DNA from: a candidate division FCPU426 bacterium
GTDB taxonomy: Bacteria; Oederibacteriota; JAAXVQ01; JAUVAV01
DNA: 64,000 bases
Assembly (NCBI GenBank): GCA_040756875.1
Contig: JBFLYH010000001.1
Span: forward strand, 416,001 to 480,000
Direction of reading: 5' to 3'
The translations under genes were made by a program, and so were the position numbers. The notes under the pieces were generated by a model. The model made no database searches and was not told where the DNA came from. It was given only the letters and a program-made list of their open reading frames with translations. Shown here piece by piece: positions 51,301 to 60,359 of this stretch (position 1 is its first letter; each line of letters opens with the position of its first letter).

Positions 51301-54117
51301 AATCCGGCGACTCAGGAAGCAGGCGTGGGATTCGACTTTAAAATCTTTTTATGCGATGACTATTACAATGTCATTACACGTACCGCGGATGGCGGCGGTG
51401 ATCAGATCCAGGTGACATCCTCGGATCCGTATCCTGCTTCCATGGGGATCATCGGCAATGATTACTCCTCATTGCCAAGAAACGTTAATCTTGGGCCAGT
51501 GGGAGTCAATTCACCGCAGGATCCCGGTTATCCGTACGGCGGATACCGAACGACTAATTTCCGACTCTATACAGTCGGCACCAATGCCTATCAGACCGTC
51601 ACGGTAACGGATCTTACAAATGGCAGCGTGACGCCGTTTACACTGGGCGGCGGCGGCATCCCACCGGTCAATGTCCGGCATAACTCGTGGCTGAGCAGGT
51701 TCCAAGTGGATATCACTTCGGCGGATAAAACCGCGGGCGTGGCGTTCCCCTCCACGGTGACTGCGCAGGACATGTACGGCAACACCATGGACAACCGGAA
51801 CAGCGCTACGGCTTTCCCGTCGACGAACAATGTTACCTTGTCCACCGGTTCTGGCACGAATACGCTGTATCCGGTCACGGTTCAACTGCCATACAACGGA
51901 GTAGGGTATCCCTCCCTGACCTTATATAAAGAGTATGTATTGAATAACGTCACTGCCACCTACACCTACCTGACCATCACGGCGTCAGGCACATCGACAA
52001 ATATGGATGTGGATGCGAATACTTTTGCCCGCCTGATTCCGCAGGTGCCCAGTATGGATGTGCAGACCGGCGGCGGCCGCTATACCGCACCGAATCCCAG
52101 CGCCGGGTTTATCGGCTATCAAGGATCACCCAACGTTCAGACCGCCGGCACCCTGATCAACAACTTCCGGGTTTATGCCTGTGACGCCTACGGCAATATC
52201 GCGGAAGGCCCGACGGATTTGGTGTACATCAAATCCACCGACCGTTTCGGCCCCAGCCCGCGGCCAGTGGCCATCAATGGCATCAGCGGGTATGCTGATT
52301 TTTCAGCAGCCAATGGATTCGCTTTCCACACGGCTGCCGAATCCAGCCAGGGTGATACGCCGTTCACCATAACAGCGTATGATATCTTGGAAACCATCCG
52401 GGGCGTAACGCGCACAGCCGGAGCTTCGGACACGTTGTCAACCTCCAATGTGGTGGATTTGCTGGGCGTGACCTTTAACGCGGTCAAGAATTTCGATTTC
52501 CGCCAAAGCGGGGATGCCATCGAATGGCTGACCAGCAGGCAGCCTGCTGCCGGCCAGCTCTATCAGCTGCGTTGGGTGTACCGCAATCCCTCGGGCATCA
52601 CGGATGGCACTACGCCTGGAATTTATGTCAACCCGAGTTCAGCCTATGGTCTGGTGACCGTTGTGCCTGGACAGGCATTGGTTGAAGGCAGCGGCAACTC
52701 GAATATGTCGAGTGGAATCGGCGGCGTAACAACCGGCGGTTGGTACAGCGGCGTCACGCCGACCGAACCGCCCTATGGCACGGTATCCAACGCTTTCTCG
52801 GCTGATCCGGAAATTTCCGGCGCGGCTTTCGGGGTGACAGTGGCTGCTACCGACCAGTTCGGCAACATGGTCAGCAATTCAGATCCCATCGAAGTCCGGA
52901 CCACGAATGAAACCGATCCCTTGGGTGTGCCTGATGTTTCCGATCCTATCGTGGCCGCCCTTACTTTGGGGAAGGTCTGGGTGGAATCTACGCTTTATAC
53001 CCTGGGCCAGTTGACAATCTTCCCGTGGGATACCAATGCCGGAAGCAGTTACATGAACCATCTCCAGGAATCCCGATCGGATATCCAGGTCGTTTCCTTC
53101 GGGGAAACGCACTTTAAAGTCTGGGTCAATGGTGTGGAGCAACCCGGCCCGGTCAGCGTACAGGCCGCGCCTTCGACCTTTACAGTTAAAGTGGAAGTTC
53201 GCGACGACACGTCGCAGAAAGTCGTCCGCACGGCCAATGTGAACTTTATCCTGGAGGTGTTCACCAATCCGGCCACCAGCACGCCCGGCTCCGGCACGTT
53301 GAACGTGACGTTCGGCCAGACCATCGGCGGGGAAATGGTGATTTCCAACCAGACGTACACCGCGGCGGAGACGATCTACATCCGGGCGAGGAACTCAGTG
53401 CTGACTTCGGACCGTCCTACCATGGGGTATTCTCCGGAAGTTCGCGTGGGCGCTTCGGGCGTGAGCCAGATTATAATGAGTTCGGACGCCCGTTATGTGC
53501 GCACGGCCAACAATGTGCCTGAATACCAAATCCTGGCCAATCAAACCGCGCAAATCACCGGCCGGGCGGTGGATATCAACGGGAATCCGGTGGCTGGCAT
53601 CGGGCTGTTCTTCTCGCTGGTTACGGGTTCTGAGGCGGCCACCTTGGACGGCGGCCTGCCCCAGCCGATTTACAAGACCACCAATGGTAACGGCGAAGCC
53701 CTGGTTTCGTTTGAGGCCGGCGCGAGGAACCAGAGTGTGACCGTGGAAGCGGCTGAAAACACTGCGGCCGCGGGCGTCACTGGGGATCTGATCATGGGGA
53801 TCACCGTGACCCAAGAAGGCGGCGTATATCCCAACCCCTTCAACCCGCTGGATCCCTCGCAATGGGCCAATATCGACTACTTGCTGCAGCAGAACGCTCG
53901 GGTCAAGATCAATATCTACACCTTGATGGGCGATTTGGTCTGGAGCCGAGAATATCCGGCCGGTTCTTCGGAAGGTTCGGCCGGAGTCCGCACTATCCGC
54001 TGGAACGGCCGCAATGACCAGGGCGTCACCGTAGCCAACGGCGGCTACATCTGCGTGATCAAAGTCAATGATCAGGAGAAATACCGCTTCAAGATTGGTG
54101 TATTCAAACGCAAGTAA
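48328..54117 (+). CDS. Giant secreted tandem Ig-like repeat protein with Big_1 and FlgD/T9SS-type C-terminal domain
   Basis: AAAGGA RBS, signal peptide ..AQA; recurring AG..F.V.V...D..(W/G)N units; [46 protein letters not shown]. Confidence 0.88.
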   Translation: MPLKNGLQRLHFIFTPLLLIPLLLASSAQATTQFLVVAPGQTYNGSTPRSGSPNTQVAGETFSISVYCYDNVDNLPRNSGLNPTDLSSNAVLETFNPDPATLNQSYGGVSNALYTPITVNITPAATGNVNVTANASGGILADTISIPVQRVTNFVFTALGPYTAGSNGTLTIEARDASNNLCTAYNGTVHLYAYDAGVNGTTRDLGTVSFSSGVYTTSTLLLYHASPGYARIRIEKTNSPTAQYSPSFTINPNSFTRLLIIGPGQTIRCGENGGNGRASTSTTTTGQTAGTGFSVNVYACDDYWNTRTAASTVSLSCAEDPIFSYGGSQSFGGGSTLTFGGVTMYTVGDGTLTMTASDGSATNSTDNVPLSSADLDHFGVNNLSGTKTAGTAFTLQITGYDDWGNTVTTVSGNTTFELLQVATPISNTAGAWVTAPTVASGSFTSGRYNGTMTIYRAGINYDVRISNDSAGFSGPLTTTYDFTVNPAATLRYLFIMPGETYCPGEDYGLGYGHDGTPTDVTAGVFRSVSVYVTDLFGNRATTYNGSFSVSLLRTDAGASLTPVAISGGLGWVNMTLTRAYSGATQQQLIPSGGTPLALSSSLFNVISNTLDHFTVGNIGSSVTAGNPFNVNISARDAYENVVTSFSGPVYVSCPNLDYRSPDDSVIDISAYGTVSGVTWTVSSGFASGVWSHNIQIFRAGSSAALYVADQPNGTGHKGWSSTFQVVANVHSKVFMIVPGLEYRPGTGGGDGIMTGGYAGTPDAQQAGTAFSVTVYATDDWWNQVSSFGPFTMYSSPNTSNIYGTNWNFNNGNTRVAVVLNDADTYTLTADYGIDGIDDYTTPYTITSITINRFVITYPWTGGPSLPNVRAGVPIFISITAYADAGSTIATTFNGQANLVTTADWEEPFRVISPQRITFASGVWWGYITLYRAFDNITISCKLGSVPSNIPNNPSICHAAANRMLILATGMNAKAGIAPDTYPTGGFPGYTGNPATQEAGVGFDFKIFLCDDYYNVITRTADGGGDQIQVTSSDPYPASMGIIGNDYSSLPRNVNLGPVGVNSPQDPGYPYGGYRTTNFRLYTVGTNAYQTVTVTDLTNGSVTPFTLGGGGIPPVNVRHNSWLSRFQVDITSADKTAGVAFPSTVTAQDMYGNTMDNRNSATAFPSTNNVTLSTGSGTNTLYPVTVQLPYNGVGYPSLTLYKEYVLNNVTATYTYLTITASGTSTNMDVDANTFARLIPQVPSMDVQTGGGRYTAPNPSAGFIGYQGSPNVQTAGTLINNFRVYACDAYGNIAEGPTDLVYIKSTDRFGPSPRPVAINGISGYADFSAANGFAFHTAAESSQGDTPFTITAYDILETIRGVTRTAGASDTLSTSNVVDLLGVTFNAVKNFDFRQSGDAIEWLTSRQPAAGQLYQLRWVYRNPSGITDGTTPGIYVNPSSAYGLVTVVPGQALVEGSGNSNMSSGIGGVTTGGWYSGVTPTEPPYGTVSNAFSADPEISGAAFGVTVAATDQFGNMVSNSDPIEVRTTNETDPLGVPDVSDPIVAALTLGKVWVESTLYTLGQLTIFPWDTNAGSSYMNHLQESRSDIQVVSFGETHFKVWVNGVEQPGPVSVQAAPSTFTVKVEVRDDTSQKVVRTANVNFILEVFTNPATSTPGSGTLNVTFGQTIGGEMVISNQTYTAAETIYIRARNSVLTSDRPTMGYSPEVRVGASGVSQIIMSSDARYVRTANNVPEYQILANQTAQITGRAVDINGNPVAGIGLFFSLVTGSEAATLDGGLPQPIYKTTNGNGEALVSFEAGARNQSVTVEAAENTAAAGVTGDLIMGITVTQEGGVYPNPFNPLDPSQWANIDYLLQQNARVKINIYTLMGDLVWSREYPAGSSEGSAGVRTIRWNGRNDQGVTVANGGYICVIKVNDQEKYRFKIGVFKRK

Positions 54118-54153
54118 GCGAAACCCTATATCGAGAAAGCAGGTGACTCGAGC

Positions 54154-55404
54154 ATGACTAAATTGATCAGCCGGATAATGATGGGCTTGGCGCTGTGCGG
54201 ATTTTTGGCCGGGTGGGTTCAAGCCGGCACCGGAGACCACGGATTGCCGGGAGAATATCTCACCTACGATATTGGCGCCAGGGCGGCAGGCATGGGCGGT
54301 GCCATGACCGGGCTGGCCGACGACGTCAGCGCCATTTTTTACAACCCAGCCGGGCTGGCTACTCAGAATCCCATCCAGTTCGGACTTCAACACGTCATTC
54401 TCTTCGAGGATACGATGTTTGATTTCCTCGGGTTCTCGATGCCCATCGTGGAGATCGGGACCGTCGGCCTCGGCGTGGTCATGCTGAATTCCGGCGGGTT
54501 TGACACCCGTGACGACCGTTATCGCCCCAATCCCACGGGTTTTACGAATTCCATGAGTCAAATGGGCGTCTGCCTGAGCTATGCCCGGGATTTAATGCCT
54601 AGTCTGACTGTGGGCGGCAACATTAAAATTGCCTATGAAGATATGTTTGGCCATACTGGCACAGGTGTGGGTTTGGATTTGGGCGGGCTTTACAGCGTTA
54701 TACCTGAATTGCAAGTAGGTTTGTACCTCAACAACATCCTGACTCCGACAGTTTTGGGCGATACTTATCCCGGCAGCGTCACTTTGGGTTTGGGCAGTCA
54801 TTTATTCAATGACGATCTCCTTCTGGATGCGGATATCAGCAAAACCTTAGCCAATCAGGGAATAAAATGGGAAGTGGGCGGCCAGCTGGACGTCTATGAG
54901 GATATGGTGTTCGTCCGGAGCGGATTGGACGATGAAATGAAGGTTCACCTGGGAGCAGGCGGAAAATATATGAATATCACCCTGGATTATGCGATGAGCC
55001 TCGAAGCACTGGGGCTGGCGCACAAGATTTCACTGGGTTATTCCATGGGTGGTTTCGAAATGACACTCAAGGCTTCGCCGAAGATATTCTCACCGGTTGG
55101 CATCAAGAAGGTCACGACCTTCGCCATCCGGGCGGTGTCCAAGTATCCGATCCGTGAATGGGAAATGAACATCAAGGATCAAAACGGCGACATCGTCCGG
55201 TCGTATTCCGGCGAAGACAATCCGCCGAACCAAATCGTTTGGAACGGCAAAGATGACCGCGGCCTGCCCGCGCCGGACGGCAATTTCAGCGCGCAATTGG
55301 TGATTACCGATTCGAATGGAAAGGTGATCAAGTCGAATTTTGAATCGGTGAGAATTCAGAGCGCGGTGCCGCTGGGCGGTGAAGGCGGTTTGGAACTAGA
55401 GTAG
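54154..55404 (+). CDS. PorV/PorQ-family beta-barrel with C-terminal FlgD-like Ig domain (paralog of 27842-29110)
   Basis: YL...GARA.GMGGA.TGLADD.SA.FYNPAGL; DYA...H.ISL; FSPVGIKKV..W...WNG.D..G.P.PDG. Confidence 0.88.
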   Translation: MTKLISRIMMGLALCGFLAGWVQAGTGDHGLPGEYLTYDIGARAAGMGGAMTGLADDVSAIFYNPAGLATQNPIQFGLQHVILFEDTMFDFLGFSMPIVEIGTVGLGVVMLNSGGFDTRDDRYRPNPTGFTNSMSQMGVCLSYARDLMPSLTVGGNIKIAYEDMFGHTGTGVGLDLGGLYSVIPELQVGLYLNNILTPTVLGDTYPGSVTLGLGSHLFNDDLLLDADISKTLANQGIKWEVGGQLDVYEDMVFVRSGLDDEMKVHLGAGGKYMNITLDYAMSLEALGLAHKISLGYSMGGFEMTLKASPKIFSPVGIKKVTTFAIRAVSKYPIREWEMNIKDQNGDIVRSYSGEDNPPNQIVWNGKDDRGLPAPDGNFSAQLVITDSNGKVIKSNFESVRIQSAVPLGGEGGLELE

Positions 55405-55603
55405 GCCGCCGGCTCCTTCGGATATTTGCCCTGCAGCAGCGAAACGTATGGAATTTGACCGCAGGCTGCTGGTTTGGCCGGCCGGGGTTGAAGTCCGTAT
55501 GGGGTCTCTCCCACCGACTTGGCCGAAAAATCAAGCTGAATGATAGAATCGGCAGTTGGCTGGCCGGGGGCTTCATCATTCTACTTTAAAAGGGGAACGC
55601 CTT

Positions 55604-58600
55604 ATGCACAGTCGGATGCGTGTGGGCATCATGGCCGCAGGACTTGTCTGCTTCGTTCTGATTCTGACCGCGGGAGTAAGAGCGGAGGATCCTGAAAAAG
55701 TAAAACTGGCCAAGGAAGCCTGGGATCAAGCCTTTGATTCGACCGCGCTGGATATCGAAGACACCAATCTTTCCCAGACGTGGGCGAATTACGCCAAGCA
55801 GTTTGCCGACCAGCCCAGCGCGCCCCGTGCGGCTTATATGGTGGCTGAAGTTCAATTTCAGCAGCGCTTTTACGACAAGGCAGCTTCGGCGTACCAGGAA
55901 TTTCTTAAGAAATACCCACGGGAAACCTTTTCTGATTCGGCCGCGTATCGCTATGCGGAATGCGCATACAATCTGAAGGATTACAAGGAAGCGCTGGTGC
56001 GATGGGATCAGTTGTTGGATAAATATCCCGCTACTTTTCTGCGCGCCGAAGCTTTGTACGGTCAAATCCTCTGCCACATCGTACGCCGTAAATGGCGCGA
56101 TGCGTCGGAAACCATCGAACGCCTGACCAGTCGCTATCCTTATTACCGAAAAGTGCAGAAAATCAAACTGCCGTTGGGATTGGTTTATTTCCAGAACCAT
56201 CAATATGCCCAGGCTATGCAGTATTTCATGAGCCTGGAAGGCGATATGGCGACTTACTACATCGGGCGTTGCCAGGAAAACCTCGGACAGTTTCTGCCGG
56301 CGGCAGCCAATTATAAAAAGATCATCGAGCAATTTCCAAATTCGATTTATCTTCTGGATGCCGCCTACAGCAAGGCGGACGCCTATTACAAAGGACAGAA
56401 TTACACGGTGGCGGTCAGGGAGTTTCAGGATTTTTTAAAAAAATATCCTGATTCGAAGTTCCGCCCCTATGCGCTCTATAAAATGGCGGTCAGTCAGATG
56501 CGCCAGGAAAATTACGCTGATGCGCTTAAGAATTTGGAAAGCTTGCTGGCCCAGGCCGAACGGTCGCAGCTGGCGGCTAATGCGCTCTATCTGAAAGGGG
56601 AGTGCCTGTCGAAACTCTCCAAGCCCGAACAGGCGGTTGCCACCTATAATCAGGTTTTCACAGAATATCCCAACACCTATGTTTCGGGAAGCGCCAAGTT
56701 TAAGGCCGGTTGGGTGATGCTGCGGAGCGGGGAATCCGCGCAAGCCATGCGGACGTTCAAGGAATTTTTAACCACCTACCCAATCCACGAGAACGTGCAA
56801 TTAGCCACCTATTTGCTCGGGAACAGTTATTTCAAGCAGGAACTGTATGCGCAGGCCATCCCGATCTATCAAGATATTTTAATGAAATACAAGTATTCGG
56901 ACGTCTCTGACGCGGCCTTGGCGGCGCTGCAGATGGCTTATTATATTCCGAAGCAATATGAGCAGTTGATCTCCACCACGCATTACATCCTCAAAGTCCT
57001 GTCCGCCAATTTCCCGCCGTCCAAGAGCACGTGGCGCTCGCTGTCGTATTTTTATTTGGGCGAAGCTTATTACCATATGGATATGTTTCCCCAGGCTGCG
57101 GGACAATATAAAAAGATCGTCGAAAATTTTTCCGATTCCCCGATTTTAAATTGGGCCAAGCTTGGACTGGCCTACAGCTTGTTTGAAACCGGCGAATTCA
57201 AGGATTCCCGGCGGGCCGCCCAGGATCTGGCGTCGGCTTCCGATGTCCCGGAAAAACTGCGGAACTATGCTTCGCTGATGGTGGCGCACAACCTCTTCAA
57301 TGAAAAGAAATATGAGGATGCGATCGTAAAGTATGAAACCTTTGCCAAGACCAATCCGACGATGCCTGAAGCCGGGGATGCGTATTTCTATGCGGGGCAG
57401 GCGTATTACCAATTGGAATATTATGCCAATGCCATCGAAGCTTGGCAGCGGGTCGTGAAAAATTTTCCGAAAAGTGAAAAAGCGCCGGAAGCAGCCTACC
57501 GCATGGCGGATACCTTTTTCAAAGCGCAGCGCTATGACGAAGCCGTCAGGGGCTTCGAATTGCTTTCCCAGTGGCCGGAAGAAAGCAACCCGTACCGCAA
57601 GGAAATGCAGTTGCGCATCGCCCAGTGCTACTACAACGCGAAGATGGACGATAAAGCCGTGCAAGCGTATACCAAATTCATCAATGAATATCCGGATGAT
57701 CCCAAAGTCAAGGACGCCATGGAGGGAATTCAGCTCAGTTATTACCGCAAAGGCGCCACGGCGGACGCGGTCCCGCAACTTATGGAATTCGTATCCAAGT
57801 TCCCGAACAGCCGCTTGGCGGTGGACGCGTTGTATCGCGTAGGGGAGATTTATTACCAGGAAAAGAAGATGGATCAGACCATTGCGGCCTTCCAACAGCT
57901 GATTGCTGATTATCCGGAAAGCTCTTTATTGCCCAATGCCCAATATTATATCGCCATATGCAATGAAGAACTCGGCAACCGCGATCAGGCCATCCGGAGT
58001 TACGTGGCTTTTATCCGCAATTTCCCCTCGCACGAATTGGTGGTGGATGTCCGCTTCCGTCTGGGTTCGGCATATTTCGCCAAAGAGGATTTTGAGACGG
58101 CTATACAGATTTTCCAGACCATTTTGGATTTGCATCCCAAATCCGATTATGCAGCCAATGCCTTGTATAATATTGCCTTATGCTACAAACGCCTGAAGAA
58201 ATGGCAGTCTGCGATTGAACGGTATACCGAATTTTATCAACGGTTTCCTCAGGACCCCAAAGCCAAAGATTGTTTGATGCAGATTGCTACGACCTACCGC
58301 GAAGAGAAACGCTATCCCTCCGCCATTAAAATATATGAAGAGATGATAGCGAAGCCCGAATTTGCGCAAGAAAAGCCGGAAATTATGTACACGATCGCGG
58401 ATGCTTATATGGAAATGGAAAATAAAGAAGAAGCCGCCAAGGCTTTTGACCGCATGCGCGCCTTGAAACCCAAAGACGATGTTTACCGCTTGACGGCATT
58501 GGCAAAACTGGGTAGTCTGTATGAAGAATTAAACCAATGGGGTAAAGCATACGTCGTTTACGAAGATCTTTCCACTTCCGGCGGCAAGCCCGAATGGACA

Positions 58601-58735
58601 CAAGCCGCAAAAAGCCGCATGTCGATCATCAAATTGGAACATCAAGCGGAAGTGGATGCTGAATTAGGAAGCGCCAAGAGTCCGGCGGCGCAGGGCTCGG
58701 AGAAAAAACCGGAGCCCAAGAAAAAGGCGAAGTAA
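55604..58735 (+). CDS. Large periplasmic tetratricopeptide-repeat protein (CpoB/BamD-like repeats)
   Basis: Signal peptide; many A.Y.LG..Y......A...Y..I...YP.S repeats; AGGGG RBS. Confidence 0.9.
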   Translation: MHSRMRVGIMAAGLVCFVLILTAGVRAEDPEKVKLAKEAWDQAFDSTALDIEDTNLSQTWANYAKQFADQPSAPRAAYMVAEVQFQQRFYDKAASAYQEFLKKYPRETFSDSAAYRYAECAYNLKDYKEALVRWDQLLDKYPATFLRAEALYGQILCHIVRRKWRDASETIERLTSRYPYYRKVQKIKLPLGLVYFQNHQYAQAMQYFMSLEGDMATYYIGRCQENLGQFLPAAANYKKIIEQFPNSIYLLDAAYSKADAYYKGQNYTVAVREFQDFLKKYPDSKFRPYALYKMAVSQMRQENYADALKNLESLLAQAERSQLAANALYLKGECLSKLSKPEQAVATYNQVFTEYPNTYVSGSAKFKAGWVMLRSGESAQAMRTFKEFLTTYPIHENVQLATYLLGNSYFKQELYAQAIPIYQDILMKYKYSDVSDAALAALQMAYYIPKQYEQLISTTHYILKVLSANFPPSKSTWRSLSYFYLGEAYYHMDMFPQAAGQYKKIVENFSDSPILNWAKLGLAYSLFETGEFKDSRRAAQDLASASDVPEKLRNYASLMVAHNLFNEKKYEDAIVKYETFAKTNPTMPEAGDAYFYAGQAYYQLEYYANAIEAWQRVVKNFPKSEKAPEAAYRMADTFFKAQRYDEAVRGFELLSQWPEESNPYRKEMQLRIAQCYYNAKMDDKAVQAYTKFINEYPDDPKVKDAMEGIQLSYYRKGATADAVPQLMEFVSKFPNSRLAVDALYRVGEIYYQEKKMDQTIAAFQQLIADYPESSLLPNAQYYIAICNEELGNRDQAIRSYVAFIRNFPSHELVVDVRFRLGSAYFAKEDFETAIQIFQTILDLHPKSDYAANALYNIALCYKRLKKWQSAIERYTEFYQRFPQDPKAKDCLMQIATTYREEKRYPSAIKIYEEMIAKPEFAQEKPEIMYTIADAYMEMENKEEAAKAFDRMRALKPKDDVYRLTALAKLGSLYEELNQWGKAYVVYEDLSTSGGKPEWTQAAKSRMSIIKLEHQAEVDAELGSAKSPAAQGSEKKPEPKKKAK

Positions 58736-58777
58736 TATCCCGCCTATCCAAGGCCGGGAGGAAAAAGGGAGGGAAAT

Positions 58778-59428
58778 ATGGAGCTCGGAAATCTGGATTT
58801 TGTTGAAATCTTTCGCAGCAGCTTTACTTTAATGATCTTATTGGTGTGCTCGATTTTGGCTGTGGCCTTTATGATCGAACGCTTCCTTTTTTACCGCCGG
58901 GCCAAAGTGGATTCGACGCGCTTTTTGTCGCGGATAAAGATGTCGATGGAGAACGAAAACTATCAGGAGGCCATAGCGGCCTGTGAACGCGACCGCAGCC
59001 CTGTGGCCGCAGTCTTGCGCGTAGGCCTCTTGAATCGCGAGCTTCCCTATGAACAGCTGGACGAATTGATGGCCGCCACTCGCGAAGAAGAACGCGTGAA
59101 GTTGGAACGCTATTTGGGCGTTTTAGGAACATTGGGCAATTCGTCGCCCTTCATCGGACTGTTTGGAACGGTCGTGGGGATCATCAAAGCGTTTCATGAC
59201 TTGGCAGCGTCCGGTTCGGGCGGTCCCACGGTGGTGGCCGCCGGTATTGCCGAAGCACTGGTTGCCACTGCGGCCGGATTGGCAGTCGCCATTCCCTGCG
59301 TCATGGTGTTCAATTATTTCATGCGTAAAGTCAAGAACATGTCCGTGGAGATGGAAGCGGTCTCCAAACGTTTTCTCGTTATATTAACCGGAAAAGAAGC
59401 CGAGAGCACGTCCTCGCGCAGGCGATAG
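58778..59428 (+). CDS. exbB: MotA/TolQ/ExbB proton-channel protein
   Basis: SPFIGLFGTV.GI..AF, GIAEAL.ATA.GL.VAIP; GGAGG RBS. Confidence 0.93.
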   Translation: MELGNLDFVEIFRSSFTLMILLVCSILAVAFMIERFLFYRRAKVDSTRFLSRIKMSMENENYQEAIAACERDRSPVAAVLRVGLLNRELPYEQLDELMAATREEERVKLERYLGVLGTLGNSSPFIGLFGTVVGIIKAFHDLAASGSGGPTVVAAGIAEALVATAAGLAVAIPCVMVFNYFMRKVKNMSVEMEAVSKRFLVILTGKEAESTSSRRR

Positions 59429-59468
59429 CCGGAGCAGCGGAACCATTACGGCAACGGGGGTTTGAACC

Positions 59469-59915
59469 ATGGGAATGGCAGCAGGCGCAGAAGATGCCAT
59501 CACCGACATCAATGTAACACCATTGGTTGACGTATGTCTGGTTTTGGTGATTATTTTCATGGTTACCGCCCCCTTGGCCATGCAGGCGGGCATCATCGTG
59601 GCAAGCAGCAAAGTGGATGCGGCTGAAGGCCAGGTATCGCAAAACGAATCCGTGGCCGTACGCTTGACGGCGGATAAAATGTATTTAAACGACCGCCTGG
59701 TCACTTTGGAAACCCTGCCGCCGCTGATAACCGCCAAGCTGAAAGTTAATAAGAAGAAAGTGGTGACAATTACCGCCGACGAAGATGTCAAACACGGCAT
59801 TATTGTGGCGGTGTTGGACATTTCCAAGCAAAGCGGTGCGGAAGGATTGTCCATCATGCGCAAGCCGGTGATGGGGCAGTTAGATAGTAAAAAGAAAAAA
59901 AGTAGGAAACGTTAG
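59469..59915 (+). CDS. exbD: ExbD/TolR family protein 1
   Basis: INVTPLVDV.LVL.IIFMVTAP with the conserved TM Asp; I.AD..V.HG....LD. Confidence 0.92.
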   Translation: MGMAAGAEDAITDINVTPLVDVCLVLVIIFMVTAPLAMQAGIIVASSKVDAAEGQVSQNESVAVRLTADKMYLNDRLVTLETLPPLITAKLKVNKKKVVTITADEDVKHGIIVAVLDISKQSGAEGLSIMRKPVMGQLDSKKKKSRKR

Positions 59916-59927
59916 GAGGGATTGGCA

Positions 59928-60335
59928 ATGGGTGGCGGCGCTGGTGCATCTGACGAACCCATCACAGCGATCAATGTCACGCCGTTGGTGGATGTTTGTC
60001 TTGTCTTGGTGATTATTTTTATGGTTACGGCTCCTCTGTTTAGCCAGCCGGTCATGAAAGTGGAATTGCCTAAAGCGGTTACGGATGAAGGCGAATCCAC
60101 CGAAAACATCACCATTACCATAGATCCGGACGAACGGATAGCCGTGAATTCGAAGGAAGTCACCTTCGACGAACTGAAGCCGGAATTGAAGATGAAACTT
60201 CAGGAAAGTGCCGAAAAATACGTCATTATTCGCGCGGACAATCTGACCAATCACGGCATTGTATTGAAAGCCCTGGATTTGGCGAAGGAACTGGGCGCGA
60301 AAAAAATGGTATTCGCGACCGAACATAAAAAATAA
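59928..60335 (+). CDS. exbD: ExbD/TolR family protein 2
   Basis: INVTPLVDV.LVL.IIFMVTAP, V.LPKA, IRAD...HG....LD; AGGAGG upstream (TTG 59922 is an alternative start). Confidence 0.92.
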   Translation: MGGGAGASDEPITAINVTPLVDVCLVLVIIFMVTAPLFSQPVMKVELPKAVTDEGESTENITITIDPDERIAVNSKEVTFDELKPELKMKLQESAEKYVIIRADNLTNHGIVLKALDLAKELGAKKMVFATEHKK

Positions 60336-60359
60336 CGTTTGCCGACAGAGGCACCGGGT

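Noticed and set aside
26127-55404. Calling the cluster a canonical Bacteroidota T9SS, or the tails true flagellar FlgD
   Set aside because: No sprA, porK/L/M/N, porU or flagellar genes in the window; only the tails and PorV-like barrels are supported.
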